Positions 36,610-47,117 of a DNA stretch of 64,000 nt are shown piece by piece. This DNA is from Spirochaetia bacterium. Lineage in GTDB: Bacteria > Spirochaetota > Spirochaetia > SZUA-6 > Bin103. The notes below the pieces were generated by a model. That model searched no databases. It saw only the letters and a program-made list of their open reading frames with translations, and had not been told where the DNA came from. The translations under genes and the position numbers were made by a program. Position 1 is the stretch's first letter. Each line of letters opens with the position of its first letter. The stretch covers positions 352,001 through 416,000 of the forward strand of contig OZ241907.1 in NCBI GenBank assembly GCA_965203515.1, read 5' to 3'.

Positions 36610-38168
36610 TAGACCCGCTCCAGCTCGCCCACCGGCACCTCGATCAGCGCCGGCTCGCCGCCCGCGAAGGCGCGTTCCAGTTCCCGGCGCAGCGCCGCCG
36701 CGTCGTGCGCCCGCGCGCCGCGCACCCCGAACGACTCGCTCAGCTTGACGAAGTCCGGGTTGCGCAGGTCGACGCCGACCAGCCGGCCGCCGAAGTCCTC
36801 CTGCTGAGAACGCTTCACGTTGCCGTAGGCGTCGTCGTTGAAGACCACCACGGTCACGGCGATGTCGTGCAACACCGCCGTGGCCAGCTCCTGGACGTGG
36901 TACATGACGCCGCCGTCCCCGCAGCAGGCGACCACCGGGGTGTCCGGCCGGGCCACCTTGGCGCCCATGGCGATCGGCAGCGCGGCGCCCAGGTTGCCGC
37001 GCGGGTCGAAGTAGGTGTCAGGCGCGTAGACCCGGTAGTAGTTGCGGCTGTAGTAGCCCATCTGGTTCATGCCGTAGGCCAGGATGCCGTCGTCCGGGAT
37101 CGCCGCGCGCAGCGCCTCGATATAGGAGCGTTGTGGCTGAAGCTGCTCGGCGTCCCCGAAGCGGACGGCGTTGAGCGCGGCGATCGCCGCGGTGGGATCC
37201 TCCGCCCGGCCGGGACGGACCAGCTCGGCCAGCGTCTCCAGGGCACGGCGGGCGTCCGCCTCGATGGTGAGCGCCTGCCCGGCGGCCAGCGCGTCGGCGT
37301 CAGTATCGATGCGGATCACCCGCGACGGGTCGACGCCGAGCAGCCCGGCCGGACCGGCCTGGGCGCCGACCGCCAGCACCACGTCACGCGACTGCGCGAA
37401 CTCCGCCAGCGGCGCGTAGGCCGCCAGGGCCTGCCCCAGCGCCAGCGGGCTGCGGTCGGAGATGCCGCCCTTGCCGGCGGTGGTGGTTGCCACCGGCGCC
37501 GGCAGCCGTTCCGCCAACGCGGTCAGCGCCGCGGCGGCGCCGGAGCGGTGCACGCCGGTGCCGGCCAGGATCAGCGGCCGCTCGGCGTCGGAGAGCATGG
37601 CCGCGGCGCGATCCAGCGCGCCCGCGTCGCCGGCGGGCGGCTCGATCGCGATCGGCGGCGCGATCTCTACCGCCTCCTCCTGCTTCAGCACCGCGGCCGA
37701 CACTTCCAGATAGACCGGCCGCGGGTGGCCGGAGCAGGCCGCCCGCACCGCCTCCGGCACCTTGGCCGCCACGTCCGCCGGACCGGTCGCCCGCGCCGAC
37801 CACTTGGTGACCGGCGCCAGCCAGTGGCCGCCGGCCGCGCCCTCGATCCGATCCTCGGGCGCGCCGCTGATGACGATGATGGGCGAGGATGATCGCAGCG
37901 CGGTCGATACGCCGCCGGAAGCGTTGAACAGACCGGCGCCCGGCACCACCAGCGCGCTCGCCGGCCGGTTGACGGCGCGCGCGTAGCCGTCGGCCATGTG
38001 CGTGGTCGGCTGCTCGTTGCGGCAGGAGACGTAGCGGATGTCGTCGGTGTCGAAGTAGGCGTCGACCGCCTCGTACTGGCCGGCGCCCGGCACGCCGAAG
38101 GTGACCGCCACCCCCTGCGCGGCCAGCGAGCGCACCAGCGCCTGGCCGCCGTTCATGCGTCGTTTCAT
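36606..38168 (-). CDS. Thiamine pyrophosphate-binding enzyme (acetolactate synthase-like)
   Basis: FGVPG, RNEQ..HMADGYAR and TPP motif GDGG...FNDDAYG. Confidence 0.88.
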   Translation of the reverse strand: MKRRMNGGQALVRSLAAQGVAVTFGVPGAGQYEAVDAYFDTDDIRYVSCRNEQPTTHMADGYARAVNRPASALVVPGAGLFNASGGVSTALRSSSPIIVISGAPEDRIEGAAGGHWLAPVTKWSARATGPADVAAKVPEAVRAACSGHPRPVYLEVSAAVLKQEEAVEIAPPIAIEPPAGDAGALDRAAAMLSDAERPLILAGTGVHRSGAAAALTALAERLPAPVATTTAGKGGISDRSPLALGQALAAYAPLAEFAQSRDVVLAVGAQAGPAGLLGVDPSRVIRIDTDADALAAGQALTIEADARRALETLAELVRPGRAEDPTAAIAALNAVRFGDAEQLQPQRSYIEALRAAIPDDGILAYGMNQMGYYSRNYYRVYAPDTYFDPRGNLGAALPIAMGAKVARPDTPVVACCGDGGVMYHVQELATAVLHDIAVTVVVFNDDAYGNVKRSQQEDFGGRLVGVDLRNPDFVKLSESFGVRGARAHDAAALRRELERAFAGGEPALIEVPVGELERVY

Positions 38169-38187
38169 ATGGATGCTCCGTTATGAG

Positions 38188-39006
38188 TCAAGGCGAGGCC
38201 GCCGCGGCGGCCGGTTCGGCGGTGCCGACCGGGTAGACCCGCGGGAACACGGGGCCGGCCATCGGTTCGCCGTCGGCGACGGTGATGTAGGGCTTCATCG
38301 GGTGGTCGTTGGCGGCCACGTAGCGCGTGCGCTCCGGCATGTAGTGGACGGCGATGGCGCGCCGCGGCCGGCCGGACCGGTTGGGAAACGAGGCGTGCCA
38401 GGTCAGGCCGTGGTGGAAGTGCACGTGCCCCTTGGGCACCGGGCGCGGCACCTGCCGGAGCGGGTGGCCGGCGTACTCGTCCGGCAGCACCGAGTCGTCG
38501 TGCAGCTCCCGCAGGAGATCGGCAGCCCCCCACCGGTGCGAGCCGGCGACCATCCACAGGCAGCCGTTGCCCTGGTCGACGTCGTCCAGGGCGACCCATG
38601 CCGAAACCTGCACGGGCGGCGTGAGCACCGGCCACGCGGGCGAGTCCTGGTGCCAGGAAATGGTGCCGCCGACGTCCTTGGGCTTGTACTGCACCTGGTC
38701 GTGCCAGATGCGCAGCTCCTTCGCGCCGGTCAGGCGCGCCGCGGCGGTGACGATCTCCTCATTGCGCGAGAGACGGGCGAACGCCTCGCTCGCCTGCCAG
38801 ATGTTGACGATCTGCCACACCGGCCGGCCTTCGGCCTGCGACAGATCGACGCAACGCACCGGGCGGCGGCCGTCCGGGAAGTCCGCGGCGGTCAGGACCC
38901 GTTCCAACTCGCCGCGCAGCTCGTCCACCTCCGTATCGGTGAGCACGCGGTCGCCCAGGACGAAGCCCTGCTCGTGGAACTCTCGAACTTGGGAATCGCT
39001 CAACAT
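38188..39006 (-). CDS. Phytanoyl-CoA dioxygenase (PhyH) family Fe/2OG enzyme
   Basis: Start MLSDSQVREFHEQGF; WHQD, WVALDD..NGCL..GSH, H.S.PNRS...RRA. Confidence 0.88.
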   Translation of the reverse strand: MLSDSQVREFHEQGFVLGDRVLTDTEVDELRGELERVLTAADFPDGRRPVRCVDLSQAEGRPVWQIVNIWQASEAFARLSRNEEIVTAAARLTGAKELRIWHDQVQYKPKDVGGTISWHQDSPAWPVLTPPVQVSAWVALDDVDQGNGCLWMVAGSHRWGAADLLRELHDDSVLPDEYAGHPLRQVPRPVPKGHVHFHHGLTWHASFPNRSGRPRRAIAVHYMPERTRYVAANDHPMKPYITVADGEPMAGPVFPRVYPVGTAEPAAAAASP

Positions 39007-39050
39007 GGCGCCGCCAGTATACGCCACCGCGCGCCGGCATGAGCGGCGCT

Positions 39051-39803
39051 TCAGCCCATGAAGTCGCCGCCGTTGATGTCGAGCGGGGCGCCGGTGACGT
39101 AGCCGGCGTGCTCGCCGGTCAGGAACGCCACCGCCTCGGCGACCTCCTGCGGCGTGCCGAGTCGGGAGACCGGGAACTTCGCCTCGTACTCGGCGATCCG
39201 TTCCGGCGTGACGGTGCCGCGCACCATCTCCGTGTCGATGAGCCCCGGGCAGACCGCGTTGACGGTGATGCCGTGCGGCGCCAGCTCCTTGGCCAGCGCG
39301 CGCGTCAGCCCCAGCACCGCGTGCTTGGCGGCGGTGTAGTGGCAGCCGCCCAGGGTGCTGACGGTGCGGCCGGCGGTGGAGGAGAAGTGGACGATGCGGC
39401 CGTAGCCGTTTCGGCGCATCGGCTCCGCCGCCGCCTTGCTGGTCAGGAACGATCCCTTGAGGCTGACCGCCACCACGCGGTCGAACTCGTCCTCCTCCAG
39501 ATCGAAGAAGCGGGTGCGGAGCATGATGCCGGCGGCGTTGACCAGGATGTCCAACCGCTCGTGGCGCTCGACCGCGGCGGCGACCGCCCGGCCCACGTCG
39601 GCGGCGCAGGTCACGTCGCCGGGGCACGCCAATCCGTCCAGCTCGTCGGCGAGCCGTCGCAGGGCCTCCGCCTGCCGGTCGAACAGCACCACCGCGGCGC
39701 CGCCGGCCGCCAGCCGCCGCGCGCACGCCGCCCCCATGCCCTGCGCCGCGCCGGTCACCAGCGCGACCCTGCCGTCGTGTCCGCCGTCGAGATCACGTCT
39801 CAT
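39051..39803 (-). CDS. SDR family oxidoreductase
   Basis: TGAAQGMG, NAAG, YTAAK, VNAVCPG. Confidence 0.92.
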   Translation of the reverse strand: MRRDLDGGHDGRVALVTGAAQGMGAACARRLAAGGAAVVLFDRQAEALRRLADELDGLACPGDVTCAADVGRAVAAAVERHERLDILVNAAGIMLRTRFFDLEEDEFDRVVAVSLKGSFLTSKAAAEPMRRNGYGRIVHFSSTAGRTVSTLGGCHYTAAKHAVLGLTRALAKELAPHGITVNAVCPGLIDTEMVRGTVTPERIAEYEAKFPVSRLGTPQEVAEAVAFLTGEHAGYVTGAPLDINGGDFMG

Positions 39804-39886
39804 GCCGCTTTCCGCCTCCGGTGCTCAGGCTACCCTTCCGGCGGCTCGCCGTCAGGTCGGCGCCGGGGCGCTATGATCTGCGGGCG

Positions 39887-41362
39887 ATGGACGCGACCAA
39901 CGTGCTGGTGATGTTCTGCGACCAGCTCCGCCGCGACCTGCTCGGCTGCTACGGCAACCCGCTGGTGCGCACGCCCCACCTCGACGCGCTGGCCGCGGAG
40001 TCGGTGGTCTTCGACCGCGGCTACACGCCGGTGGCGCTCTGCTCGCCGGCGCGCGCCAGCTTGCTGACCGGCCGGTATCCGCACGGCCACCACGTGTTCA
40101 ACAACACGACCCCGGAGTACTCCTACTGCCGGCGCCTGCCGCCCTCCGCGCGCGCCGTCCAGGACTGGGCCGCCGGGACCGACTGCCAGACCGCCTACTT
40201 CGGCAAGTGGCACGTCGGCCCGGCCCAGGACCTGTTTGCCTCCGCCTTCGAGCAGACGCAGCGGCCGGGCACGCAGGCCGGCCCGCAGCCGCCGTTCCTG
40301 GCCGACACGCAGTGGCACCCGTCGGCCGACTACTGGCCGATGGTGCGCACGGTCGAGCCCGGGCACTCGGGGACCGTCGACGTGCCGATCGACCGGTTCC
40401 CGGACGGCGTCGCCGCGCGCTACGCGTGCGACTTCCTGGGCAGCCGCGACCCGGCCCGACCGTTCCTGCTGTTCTGCGCCTTTCCCGGCCCGCACGGCCC
40501 GTGGCTGGTGCCGGAGGAGTTCGGGCTGCGCTACGACCCGGACGACATTCCGCTGTGGCCCAACCGCTGCGACGACTTCGCCGGCAAGCCGATCTATCAG
40601 CGCAAGCTCGCCGCGCTCGAAGCGCGGCCCGACAGCGCCGGCCGCCGGCGGACCGATGACGAGCTGCGCCGCGCGCTCGCCTGCAACTTCTCCTACGTCG
40701 AGCTGATCGATCAGCTGGTCGGGCGGCTGATCGCCCGCCTGCGCGAGCTGGGCCTGTACGAGCGGACGGCGATCGTCTTCACCGCCGACCACGGCGACAT
40801 GGCCGGCTCGCACGGCTTCGCCAGCAAGGGCGCCTACATGTATGACGAGATCTACCGCGTGCCGATGCTGCTGCGCGTGCCCGGCGCCGCGCCCCGGCGC
40901 GCCGAACGGGAGCCGGTGAACCTGACCGACGTGACCGCGACCGCCGCGCACCTGATCGCCGGGCAGTCGGTCTCCACCTTCGGATCGGGACCGCTGCACG
41001 GAGAATCGCTGGTCGACTTCGCGCGCGGGCGCGCGCCGTGGCGCCGTCCGGTCCACTTCGCGCAATATCATGGCGACTGGTACGGTCACTACTCGTCGCG
41101 CATGGTGACCGACGGGGACTGGAAGCTGGTGTGGAACCTGACCGATCGTTGCGAGCTGTACGACCTGCGCGCCGACCCGGGCGAGCTCCACAATCGGTTC
41201 TACGACTCCGGTGATCCCCGTTATGAACGGGTCAGACGCCGCTACTTCGACCTGCTCACGGCCGAGGCGCGGCGCTACGGCGACGCGCAGCTCGACCTGC
41301 TCAGCGCCGACCTGGAGGCCGATTTGGAAATCGCCCGCGCCGGCGAAGGAGGCGGATGGTGA
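39887..41362 (+). CDS. Sulfatase (Cys-type)
   Basis: DQLR, CSPARASLLTG, GKWH, TADHG. Start MDATNV. Confidence 0.92.
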   Translation: MDATNVLVMFCDQLRRDLLGCYGNPLVRTPHLDALAAESVVFDRGYTPVALCSPARASLLTGRYPHGHHVFNNTTPEYSYCRRLPPSARAVQDWAAGTDCQTAYFGKWHVGPAQDLFASAFEQTQRPGTQAGPQPPFLADTQWHPSADYWPMVRTVEPGHSGTVDVPIDRFPDGVAARYACDFLGSRDPARPFLLFCAFPGPHGPWLVPEEFGLRYDPDDIPLWPNRCDDFAGKPIYQRKLAALEARPDSAGRRRTDDELRRALACNFSYVELIDQLVGRLIARLRELGLYERTAIVFTADHGDMAGSHGFASKGAYMYDEIYRVPMLLRVPGAAPRRAEREPVNLTDVTATAAHLIAGQSVSTFGSGPLHGESLVDFARGRAPWRRPVHFAQYHGDWYGHYSSRMVTDGDWKLVWNLTDRCELYDLRADPGELHNRFYDSGDPRYERVRRRYFDLLTAEARRYGDAQLDLLSADLEADLEIARAGEGGGW

Positions 41363-41441
41363 CGCTGCCGTTCATCGACCGGCATGGATCACCGCCGGAC
41401 CGAGTGACCGAGACCGATAAACCGAATAGACGGAGGAGTCC

Positions 41442-42440
41442 ATGATGCAAGCTGCACACGTCACGTCCCCGGGCGCGGTGCGGATCGACAGCTTTCCGGA
41501 GCCGGAGCTGACGCCCGGTCACGCCGTCGTGCGGCCGGAGCTGATCTCGATCTGCGGCAGCGACCTGCGCGCGGTCTACGACCAGCCGGCCGGCGCCTAC
41601 CCGCTGGCCCCCGGCCAGAGCGGCCACGAGGTGGTCGGCATCGTGGAGGCGATCGAGTACCGGGGCAAGGCGGTCTTTCCGTTCGAGCCGGGCGAGCGGG
41701 TACTGGCTCCGCCGTCGCCGCACCTCGGCATGGCCGAGCGCTTTCCGATCCCGGTCGACAGTCTGGTGCGGATCCCGGCGGGGCTGCCGGCCGAGCGGCT
41801 GGCGGTGGCGCAACCGCTCGGCACGGTGATAGCGGGCTGCAACAAGCTGAGCGAGGTGGCCGGCGCCACCGTCGTCGTGGTCGGTCAGGGCGGCATCGGC
41901 CTGCTGTTCGACGCCATGCTGCGCCGCATGGGCGCGCGCACCGTGATCGGTCTCGATCTGACCGAGGCGCGCCGCGCCGCCGGCCTCCGCTTCGGCGCCG
42001 ATCGCACCATCGATCCGGCCGGCGGCGACGCGGCGGCGGTGGAGGAGGCGGCCGAGGGGGTGGCGCCGCAGATCGTCATCGATGCCGCCGGGGAGCCGGA
42101 TTCGATCAACCTGGCGGTGGAGCTGGTGCGGCCGTACGGGACGCTGCTGCTGTTCGGCGTGCCCCGACAGGACTCCTTTGAGTTCTCGTACAAGACGTGG
42201 TACCGCAAGCGTCCGCGCCTGCGGACCTCCTCCATAGCCGACGGCAACCCGAGCGCGCTGTACGAGCAGGCGCTGAACCTGATCGCGCGCGGCGAGGTCG
42301 ACGTCAGCGGGCTGATCTCGCACCGGCTGCCGCTGGCCCGCGCCGCCGACGCCTATGCCCTGGCGCGCACGCGCGGCGACGGCGCGCTGAAGGTGGCGGT
42401 CGACTTCCGAGCGGGCAGCCTTGGCGAAAGCGCGCCGTGA
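41442..42440 (+). CDS. Zinc-binding (MDR) dehydrogenase
   Basis: ICGSD, GHE, GQGGIG. SD GGAGGAG upstream. Confidence 0.88.
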   Translation: MMQAAHVTSPGAVRIDSFPEPELTPGHAVVRPELISICGSDLRAVYDQPAGAYPLAPGQSGHEVVGIVEAIEYRGKAVFPFEPGERVLAPPSPHLGMAERFPIPVDSLVRIPAGLPAERLAVAQPLGTVIAGCNKLSEVAGATVVVVGQGGIGLLFDAMLRRMGARTVIGLDLTEARRAAGLRFGADRTIDPAGGDAAAVEEAAEGVAPQIVIDAAGEPDSINLAVELVRPYGTLLLFGVPRQDSFEFSYKTWYRKRPRLRTSSIADGNPSALYEQALNLIARGEVDVSGLISHRLPLARAADAYALARTRGDGALKVAVDFRAGSLGESAP

Positions 42441-43807
42441 CCCTCCGCTTCAGCCACGCGGACGACCTGCAGAACGTCTGGGGCCACACGACCATCGGCG
42501 CTTCCGCGCTGCGCAAGCTGGCCGATTGCGATCCGCCGCCGTTCCGGGTCTCGTATTGCCGACCGCTGCCGGGGGGAGGCTTCGACGTGTTCGGCGTGCG
42601 CGGCGCCAAGGGCGTTCCGTGGCAGGTCCTGCGCGCCAACACGGACGACGGCACGGCCTTTCGGGACGTGCGCGTGGTGCTGGAGGGCGCCGACCTCGAC
42701 AAGCCGCCCAACGCGGAATGGGCACACACGGCGACCGTCAGCTACAGCCCGGAGCTGGAACGCTATCTGGTCCTCAAGAACAGCCGCGACTACGGAGGCA
42801 GCTTCGACACGCACGCGTTCGTCTCCGGCGACGGCGAGCGATGGGAGCCGAGTCCGCACAACCCGGTGTACCGGGAAGGGGACAACTGGGGGGCGATGTG
42901 GAGCCCGGCGGCGCGGCGGTTCATCTGCTACAACAAGGGGATCGTCCGCGATCCGGACAAGCGGCTGAACGAGTTGATGCGCGACGGCATGCGCACGGTG
43001 TCGGTGCGCACCAGCACGGACGGTCTGCGCTGGTCACCGGACGCCCCCAACGACTTCGCCAACGGCATGCAGCCGGGCTTCGACTTCGCCGGCGTCGCGG
43101 AGATGCGTCGTCTGGGCGGGCCGCTGCTGCCGCGCGAGCACCAGATCGCCCGCGACGAGCTCGACCCGCCCGACCTGGAGTTCTACGTCGCCCGGCCGTT
43201 CCGGTACCGGGAGACCTGCTTCCTGCAGGTGCTCAACTACGTGGGCAGCTTCATGCCGCCGGGCGTCGCGCCGGTGCGGGCGGACGGCCACGGGCCGGGG
43301 ATGCTCGATACGGAGTGGTGGATCAGCCGCGACGGCTTGCGCTGGGACCGCCCCTTCCGCGGCATGCACGCCGGCTCGGTGGTGATCTCCCACAATCCGA
43401 TGGTGTCCGGCGGCATGCTGCGCTTCCATCAGGGCCGGGAGATCTGGGGAATAGGCGAGGATCGCCTGACGTTCGTGCAAACCGTCTCCAACGGCGTGTT
43501 CGAGACGCGCACATTCACCCATGACGGCGGCTGGCTGCGCCTCAACGCCCGGGTGCCGGCGCCCAGCGTCGACAACGGCGACAACCACGCCTATCTGATG
43601 GCGGAGATCGTCGACGGCCGGGATCGGGTGGTGCCGGGCTACGAGAAGGAGCGCTGCATCGTGCAGGGGCCGATCGACGCGCCGGCCCTGCCGCTGCGGT
43701 GGGGTACCGCGACCGGCGCTGAGCTCGCCGGCCGGCCGCTGCGGCTCCGCTTCTACTTCCGGGCCGCCCACGTCTACGCCGTTTCCTCCGCTCAACCCGG
43801 CGCATGA
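42437..43807 (+). CDS. Hypothetical protein, probable beta-propeller glycoside hydrolase-like
   Basis: GTG overlaps the ADH stop. Repeated S.DG..W motifs (SGDGERW, STDGLRW, SRDGLRW) and a C-terminal LRLNA..LRLRF beta-sandwich. Confidence 0.5.
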   Translation: MTLRFSHADDLQNVWGHTTIGASALRKLADCDPPPFRVSYCRPLPGGGFDVFGVRGAKGVPWQVLRANTDDGTAFRDVRVVLEGADLDKPPNAEWAHTATVSYSPELERYLVLKNSRDYGGSFDTHAFVSGDGERWEPSPHNPVYREGDNWGAMWSPAARRFICYNKGIVRDPDKRLNELMRDGMRTVSVRTSTDGLRWSPDAPNDFANGMQPGFDFAGVAEMRRLGGPLLPREHQIARDELDPPDLEFYVARPFRYRETCFLQVLNYVGSFMPPGVAPVRADGHGPGMLDTEWWISRDGLRWDRPFRGMHAGSVVISHNPMVSGGMLRFHQGREIWGIGEDRLTFVQTVSNGVFETRTFTHDGGWLRLNARVPAPSVDNGDNHAYLMAEIVDGRDRVVPGYEKERCIVQGPIDAPALPLRWGTATGAELAGRPLRLRFYFRAAHVYAVSSAQPGA

Positions 43808-43841
43808 TGAGTCGCTCATCGAGATGCGATCAGTCGACCGG

Positions 43842-44975
43842 CTATCCTCTGTCGATCAGGAACAGGAACTCGCGATTAGGCGCGCCCGCATCGCGTAGCC
43901 ACGCGTTGGTCCACTTCATGCCCGCCATCACGTTGCGCCGGTGGTCCAGCTCCACGATGTCGATCACTTTACCATTCGCGTGCAGGATGTCGTGCAGATC
44001 CTCGGCGGTAGCGCGGCCTCCCGAACTGTATGAAAGAATGATCCAGCGCGCCGCCGTGGATCGGATCAGACGTTCGATCGCCTCGACCGCCAGAAACTTT
44101 CCCGACGCCGGATTCCGCTGGAACTCCTCGAACACCGAAGCGGCGACGGGGTCTGACGTATCGGTGCGCCGTAGCGCTTTGCCGACCAGCGCCGGAGAGT
44201 CATTCAGACAGACCGTAGTCCAAAGATGATAGTAGGAAGCGTACCGTATTCGCGAAGGAGGCATCTTCTCGTTGTTGGAACCGTACGGAGGGTCGAAGTA
44301 GGCGAGATCCACGCTGAGCCCGGCTACATCGAACACGTCCTCGCGCACGACCTCGTTGCCGTCGTTCGGAATGAACAGTTCCGGTATCCTGAGATGCAAT
44401 GAATCGAACGATCGCGGCGACCACTCTCTGAGATATGAAACAAAGTGTCCGAGGGTATTGTCCACTCGATCCAGCGCCAGCATCAAGCTGGTCAAGCCTA
44501 CCGCTCGCTCGGTCGTAGCAAGACGGAGTGAGTCGATCTCTTCACGGATGCCATCGAGCTTGCGGGTATTATGAATCTGCCAGGGCTTCTTGAGGCCGTC
44601 CGACTGAACGGAGAGACCGTCGTTCGGGGTGCCGCCGTAGTGTTCCGTGAACCAGCCGTCCTGTGGTTGAACGGCATTCAGGTGCTCGATCAGCGCCGAG
44701 TAATGAGCTTTCGGTTTTCGGTTCAGGAGATAGCACGTCGCAAGAACCTCCGACCATACGGCGACGTCATTGCTGATGACCCTATATCCAGACTTGGCGA
44801 AAGCTTGGGACACACGGGTCGATCCCGAGAAACCGTCGAGCACGGTTCGTGCCCCTGTTCGTTTCGCCAGCTCGAGGATGTGCGGCAGCAGTCTGAGTTT
44901 GGAACCGGCGTACTTGATCCCTTCCGTGGGGGGAGCATCTACGACGATATCCGCAAACAGCGACAAGTTGCTCAT
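43842..44975 (-). CDS. N6-adenine DNA methyltransferase (type II R-M, D12/FokI-like)
   Basis: IKYAGSK, DGFSGS (motif I), YFDPPY (motif IV). Lower GC than flanks. Confidence 0.9.
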   Translation of the reverse strand: MSNLSLFADIVVDAPPTEGIKYAGSKLRLLPHILELAKRTGARTVLDGFSGSTRVSQAFAKSGYRVISNDVAVWSEVLATCYLLNRKPKAHYSALIEHLNAVQPQDGWFTEHYGGTPNDGLSVQSDGLKKPWQIHNTRKLDGIREEIDSLRLATTERAVGLTSLMLALDRVDNTLGHFVSYLREWSPRSFDSLHLRIPELFIPNDGNEVVREDVFDVAGLSVDLAYFDPPYGSNNEKMPPSRIRYASYYHLWTTVCLNDSPALVGKALRRTDTSDPVAASVFEEFQRNPASGKFLAVEAIERLIRSTAARWIILSYSSGGRATAEDLHDILHANGKVIDIVELDHRRNVMAGMKWTNAWLRDAGAPNREFLFLIDRG

Positions 44976-45585
44976 CGCGGCGTCCCCGATCGCCGCTTCA
45001 ATTGAGCGATGTCTTCCTTGATCTTCTGAAGTGCAGCAGTGTGGCCGGCATCTGATGAGACGAGAGCGTGCGAAAAGAGGTCCACCAGGATATGATTGTG
45101 CGAGTAGTCGATCCAGCCGTCGGTGATGCTGTCGAAGTACTTGAGACCGTTCCTGGTGTGGGTCCAGAGACCTCTCTGAAGTGCGTTCGCGTCAGTGCCG
45201 CCGTAGCGCACTTCGCATATGTAACCCTCGTTCGCATCGAAGAACCGATACACGGGATGCTTCCTTCCTCGCCCCGCTTCCTCGCGAACGATTCTTGCGG
45301 TAGCGTGGCGGGCGCGGGCATAGTCGAACACCAGAATGTTACAACGCTGAGACTTCTCGTCATATACAAGTCCTTGCCGACGTGGACAGATCTGAAGTCG
45401 TACATATATTGGTTGATGAACTCGGAGACTGCGATCTCGGCCAAGTCGCCGTGCGTCTTGTTTCCAATCAGTCGCATCGTAAAGATATTGCTGAGCGTGG
45501 TGGTGATGAGTTCAGGCTGTTTGCCGATCAATACTTTCAGTCGTCTCGTGAAGTCGCTGTACGCATCGGTAACGTCCATCATCAT
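44972..45585 (-). pseudogene. Putative type II restriction endonuclease, frameshifted/internally deleted
   Basis: N-part (..GNKTHGDLAEIA..HVGKDLY) and C-part (YDEKSQRCNILVFDY..EVRYGG..ANALQRGLWTHT) are in different frames, joined at TTGTATATGAC (~45359-45369). ATGA-coupled to the methylase. Confidence 0.6.
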
Positions 45586-45926
45586 GAATTTGTCTCCTCA
45601 CTTTACTCTGCCAATGCGCTGCCACAGCCATCGGGAATGTCGATTGCGATTGGCATGTTGCCACTGCCATGTCTCTACCCGAGTATCGCACAGATCGCAC
45701 ATCGACACCCTGCACCCCTCCCGGGTGGGTCTGGTTACGTTAAGGCGGTGTTGGTGGCCCGGATAGAGCGGAAGCCGGCGGTGGCGATGGCGATGCACTC
45801 GTTGCGGCGGCCGTCGGCGTGTACTGCGGGGCGGCTCGTCGCTAAACTTCATGACCGCGGCCGGAGGTGACCGCCACGCCGGTAAACCCGTCACGATGGA
45901 GCGACCCCGCGCGAGGAGGTGACGCG

Positions 45927-47117
45927 ATGAATCGACCGTTGACCAGCGACCGGCTGCCGGCCATGCCGTCACGCGCGGAGTTCGCGTGGCGCGACCACTG
46001 GGTGATGCAGCATGACGGCGCGGGCGGCCAGATCGGCCACCCGGCGGCGTTCCGCTTCCTGCCGTGGCATGGCGAGCGGCCGGTGTTTCCGTGGGGCTTG
46101 GCGGTGCTGGACGACGGCGTCTGGGCGGTGGCCGGCGTGGCCGGCTCCATGACCATGGCGCAATCCAACCAGACCGTCGTCGGGCTGAGCGACGACCGGG
46201 GCGCGAGCTGGCGCTACGTCGAGGTCCCGCACTGCTCGACCCGGCCGATGATGCTGGCCTACCTGGGCAGCGGCGTCCTCAGCTTCATGTCGAGTTGGTC
46301 GGACGAGGGCAACTTCCGGTACTACAGCCACGATTACGGCGTCACCTGGGAGCGGGGCGACAAGCTCCCACCGGCTCCCGACGGCACGCAGATCGATTGC
46401 GAGGGCAACCCCCTGATCGATCGGGACGCGGCCGGCAACGCCACCCTGATGGCGGAGACCGGGCAGACGGCGTCCAAGGGCCCGTTGCCGGAGAACCCGT
46501 GCTGCGGCTGCATCCGCTGGTCGCGCGACGGCGGCCGCACCTGGGAACCGGCGCGCTGGCCGCCGGAGTGGGTGTGGCACGACCGGTTCGCCGGCGAACC
46601 GGTGGAGCGCGGCGTGGGCGAGGGAGCCCTGGTGCGCGCCGCCGACGGCTCCATCGTCGCCGCCCTGCGCACCGACATGCCGGCGCGCTACCTCCCGCTC
46701 CACTACGACAACTTCGAGGGCACCGCGGTGTCGATCAGCCGGGACGAGGGCGCGAGTTGGACGCCGCTCGACTTCGTGTTCGGCCCGGGCCGCCACCACG
46801 CCACGCTGCTGCGCATGCCCGACGACGACCTGGTGCTGACCGTGATCCGCCGCCTCGACTTCGGCGGCGGCGATCTGGCCACCTACCGGCGCGGCTGCGA
46901 CGCCGTCGTGAGCCGCGACCACGGCGTCACCTGGGACGTGGAGCACCGCTACGTGGTGGACGACTTCGCCGCCATCGGCGCGGAGCGGTGGTTCGAGGCG
47001 ACGTGCGGCCACCAGTGCTCGGTGTCGGTGGGCGACGGCTCGATCCTCACCGCGTACGGCAACTACCGCAACGCCGGCGCCCTGATCCACTGGCGGCCCG
47101 CCGGCGTGGCGGTCTGA
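45927..47117 (+). CDS. Sialidase/BNR Asp-box family protein
   Basis: Five Asp boxes (SDDRGASW, SHDYGVTW, SRDGGRTW, SRDEGASW, SRDHGVTW). SD GAGGAGGT before ATG 45927. Confidence 0.75.
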   Translation: MNRPLTSDRLPAMPSRAEFAWRDHWVMQHDGAGGQIGHPAAFRFLPWHGERPVFPWGLAVLDDGVWAVAGVAGSMTMAQSNQTVVGLSDDRGASWRYVEVPHCSTRPMMLAYLGSGVLSFMSSWSDEGNFRYYSHDYGVTWERGDKLPPAPDGTQIDCEGNPLIDRDAAGNATLMAETGQTASKGPLPENPCCGCIRWSRDGGRTWEPARWPPEWVWHDRFAGEPVERGVGEGALVRAADGSIVAALRTDMPARYLPLHYDNFEGTAVSISRDEGASWTPLDFVFGPGRHHATLLRMPDDDLVLTVIRRLDFGGGDLATYRRGCDAVVSRDHGVTWDVEHRYVVDDFAAIGAERWFEATCGHQCSVSVGDGSILTAYGNYRNAGALIHWRPAGVAV

